Of a stretch of DNA of 64,000 nt, positions 63,831 to 64,000 are shown piece by piece; position 1 is the first letter of the stretch, and every line of letters starts with the position of its first letter. Position numbers and translations under genes: made by a program. The stretch spans positions 15,562,001 through 15,626,000 of the forward strand of contig NC_042998.1 of the NCBI RefSeq assembly GCF_006345805.1, read 5' to 3'. This DNA is from Octopus sinensis. Its lineage: Eukaryota. The notes below the pieces were generated by a model. The model saw only the letters and a program-made list of their open reading frames with translations, made no database searches and was not told the origin of the DNA.

Positions 63831-64000
63831 CGGCGGAACTGTTGATGCCCAGCGTATTTTTAACACACAATCTCTGTTCACAACCAGTATATAGAAGCAA
63901 ACACGTCAACATAAACATCGTACGAACATGATTACAATGTTGCATACATGTAGAGAATCACTCAACACACATATCAACGTGAGAATATAAATCGCAAAAC

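Overview
AT-rich, microsatellite-dense animal genomic DNA with no confidently identifiable host protein-coding gene. The SINE repertoire looks from memory like Octopus (coleoid cephalopod); this is inference and needs BLAST. Almost all listed ORFs are microsatellite read-through or transposon remnants. The window holds at least three tRNA-derived SINE families, four decayed mariner elements (one very Hsmar1-like), several R4/Dong-type RLE LINEs sitting in (AAT)n arrays, three CR1/L2-type LINE 3' ends, a non-autonomous Helitron, foldback elements, a Penelope GIY-YIG fragment arranged as a large inverted repeat, and a 100-N gap. The most notable signal, found by reading the sequence, is a dispersed set of type I hammerhead-ribozyme folds: 19688-19796 (+), 31681-31756 (-) and 59529-59634 (-), plus a minimal form at 44596-44631 (+) and 23221-23257 (-). 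Several replace the normally conserved core A6 with a pyrimidine. They look like Penelope/retrozyme-type ribozymes, but none is tested. A second signal is a GGYGGTG..CATGGCC-hairpin-GAAAC 3' tail shared by the commonest SINE and local LINE ends, with compensatory stem changes. Coordinates were counted by eye; boundaries of decayed elements are approximate.
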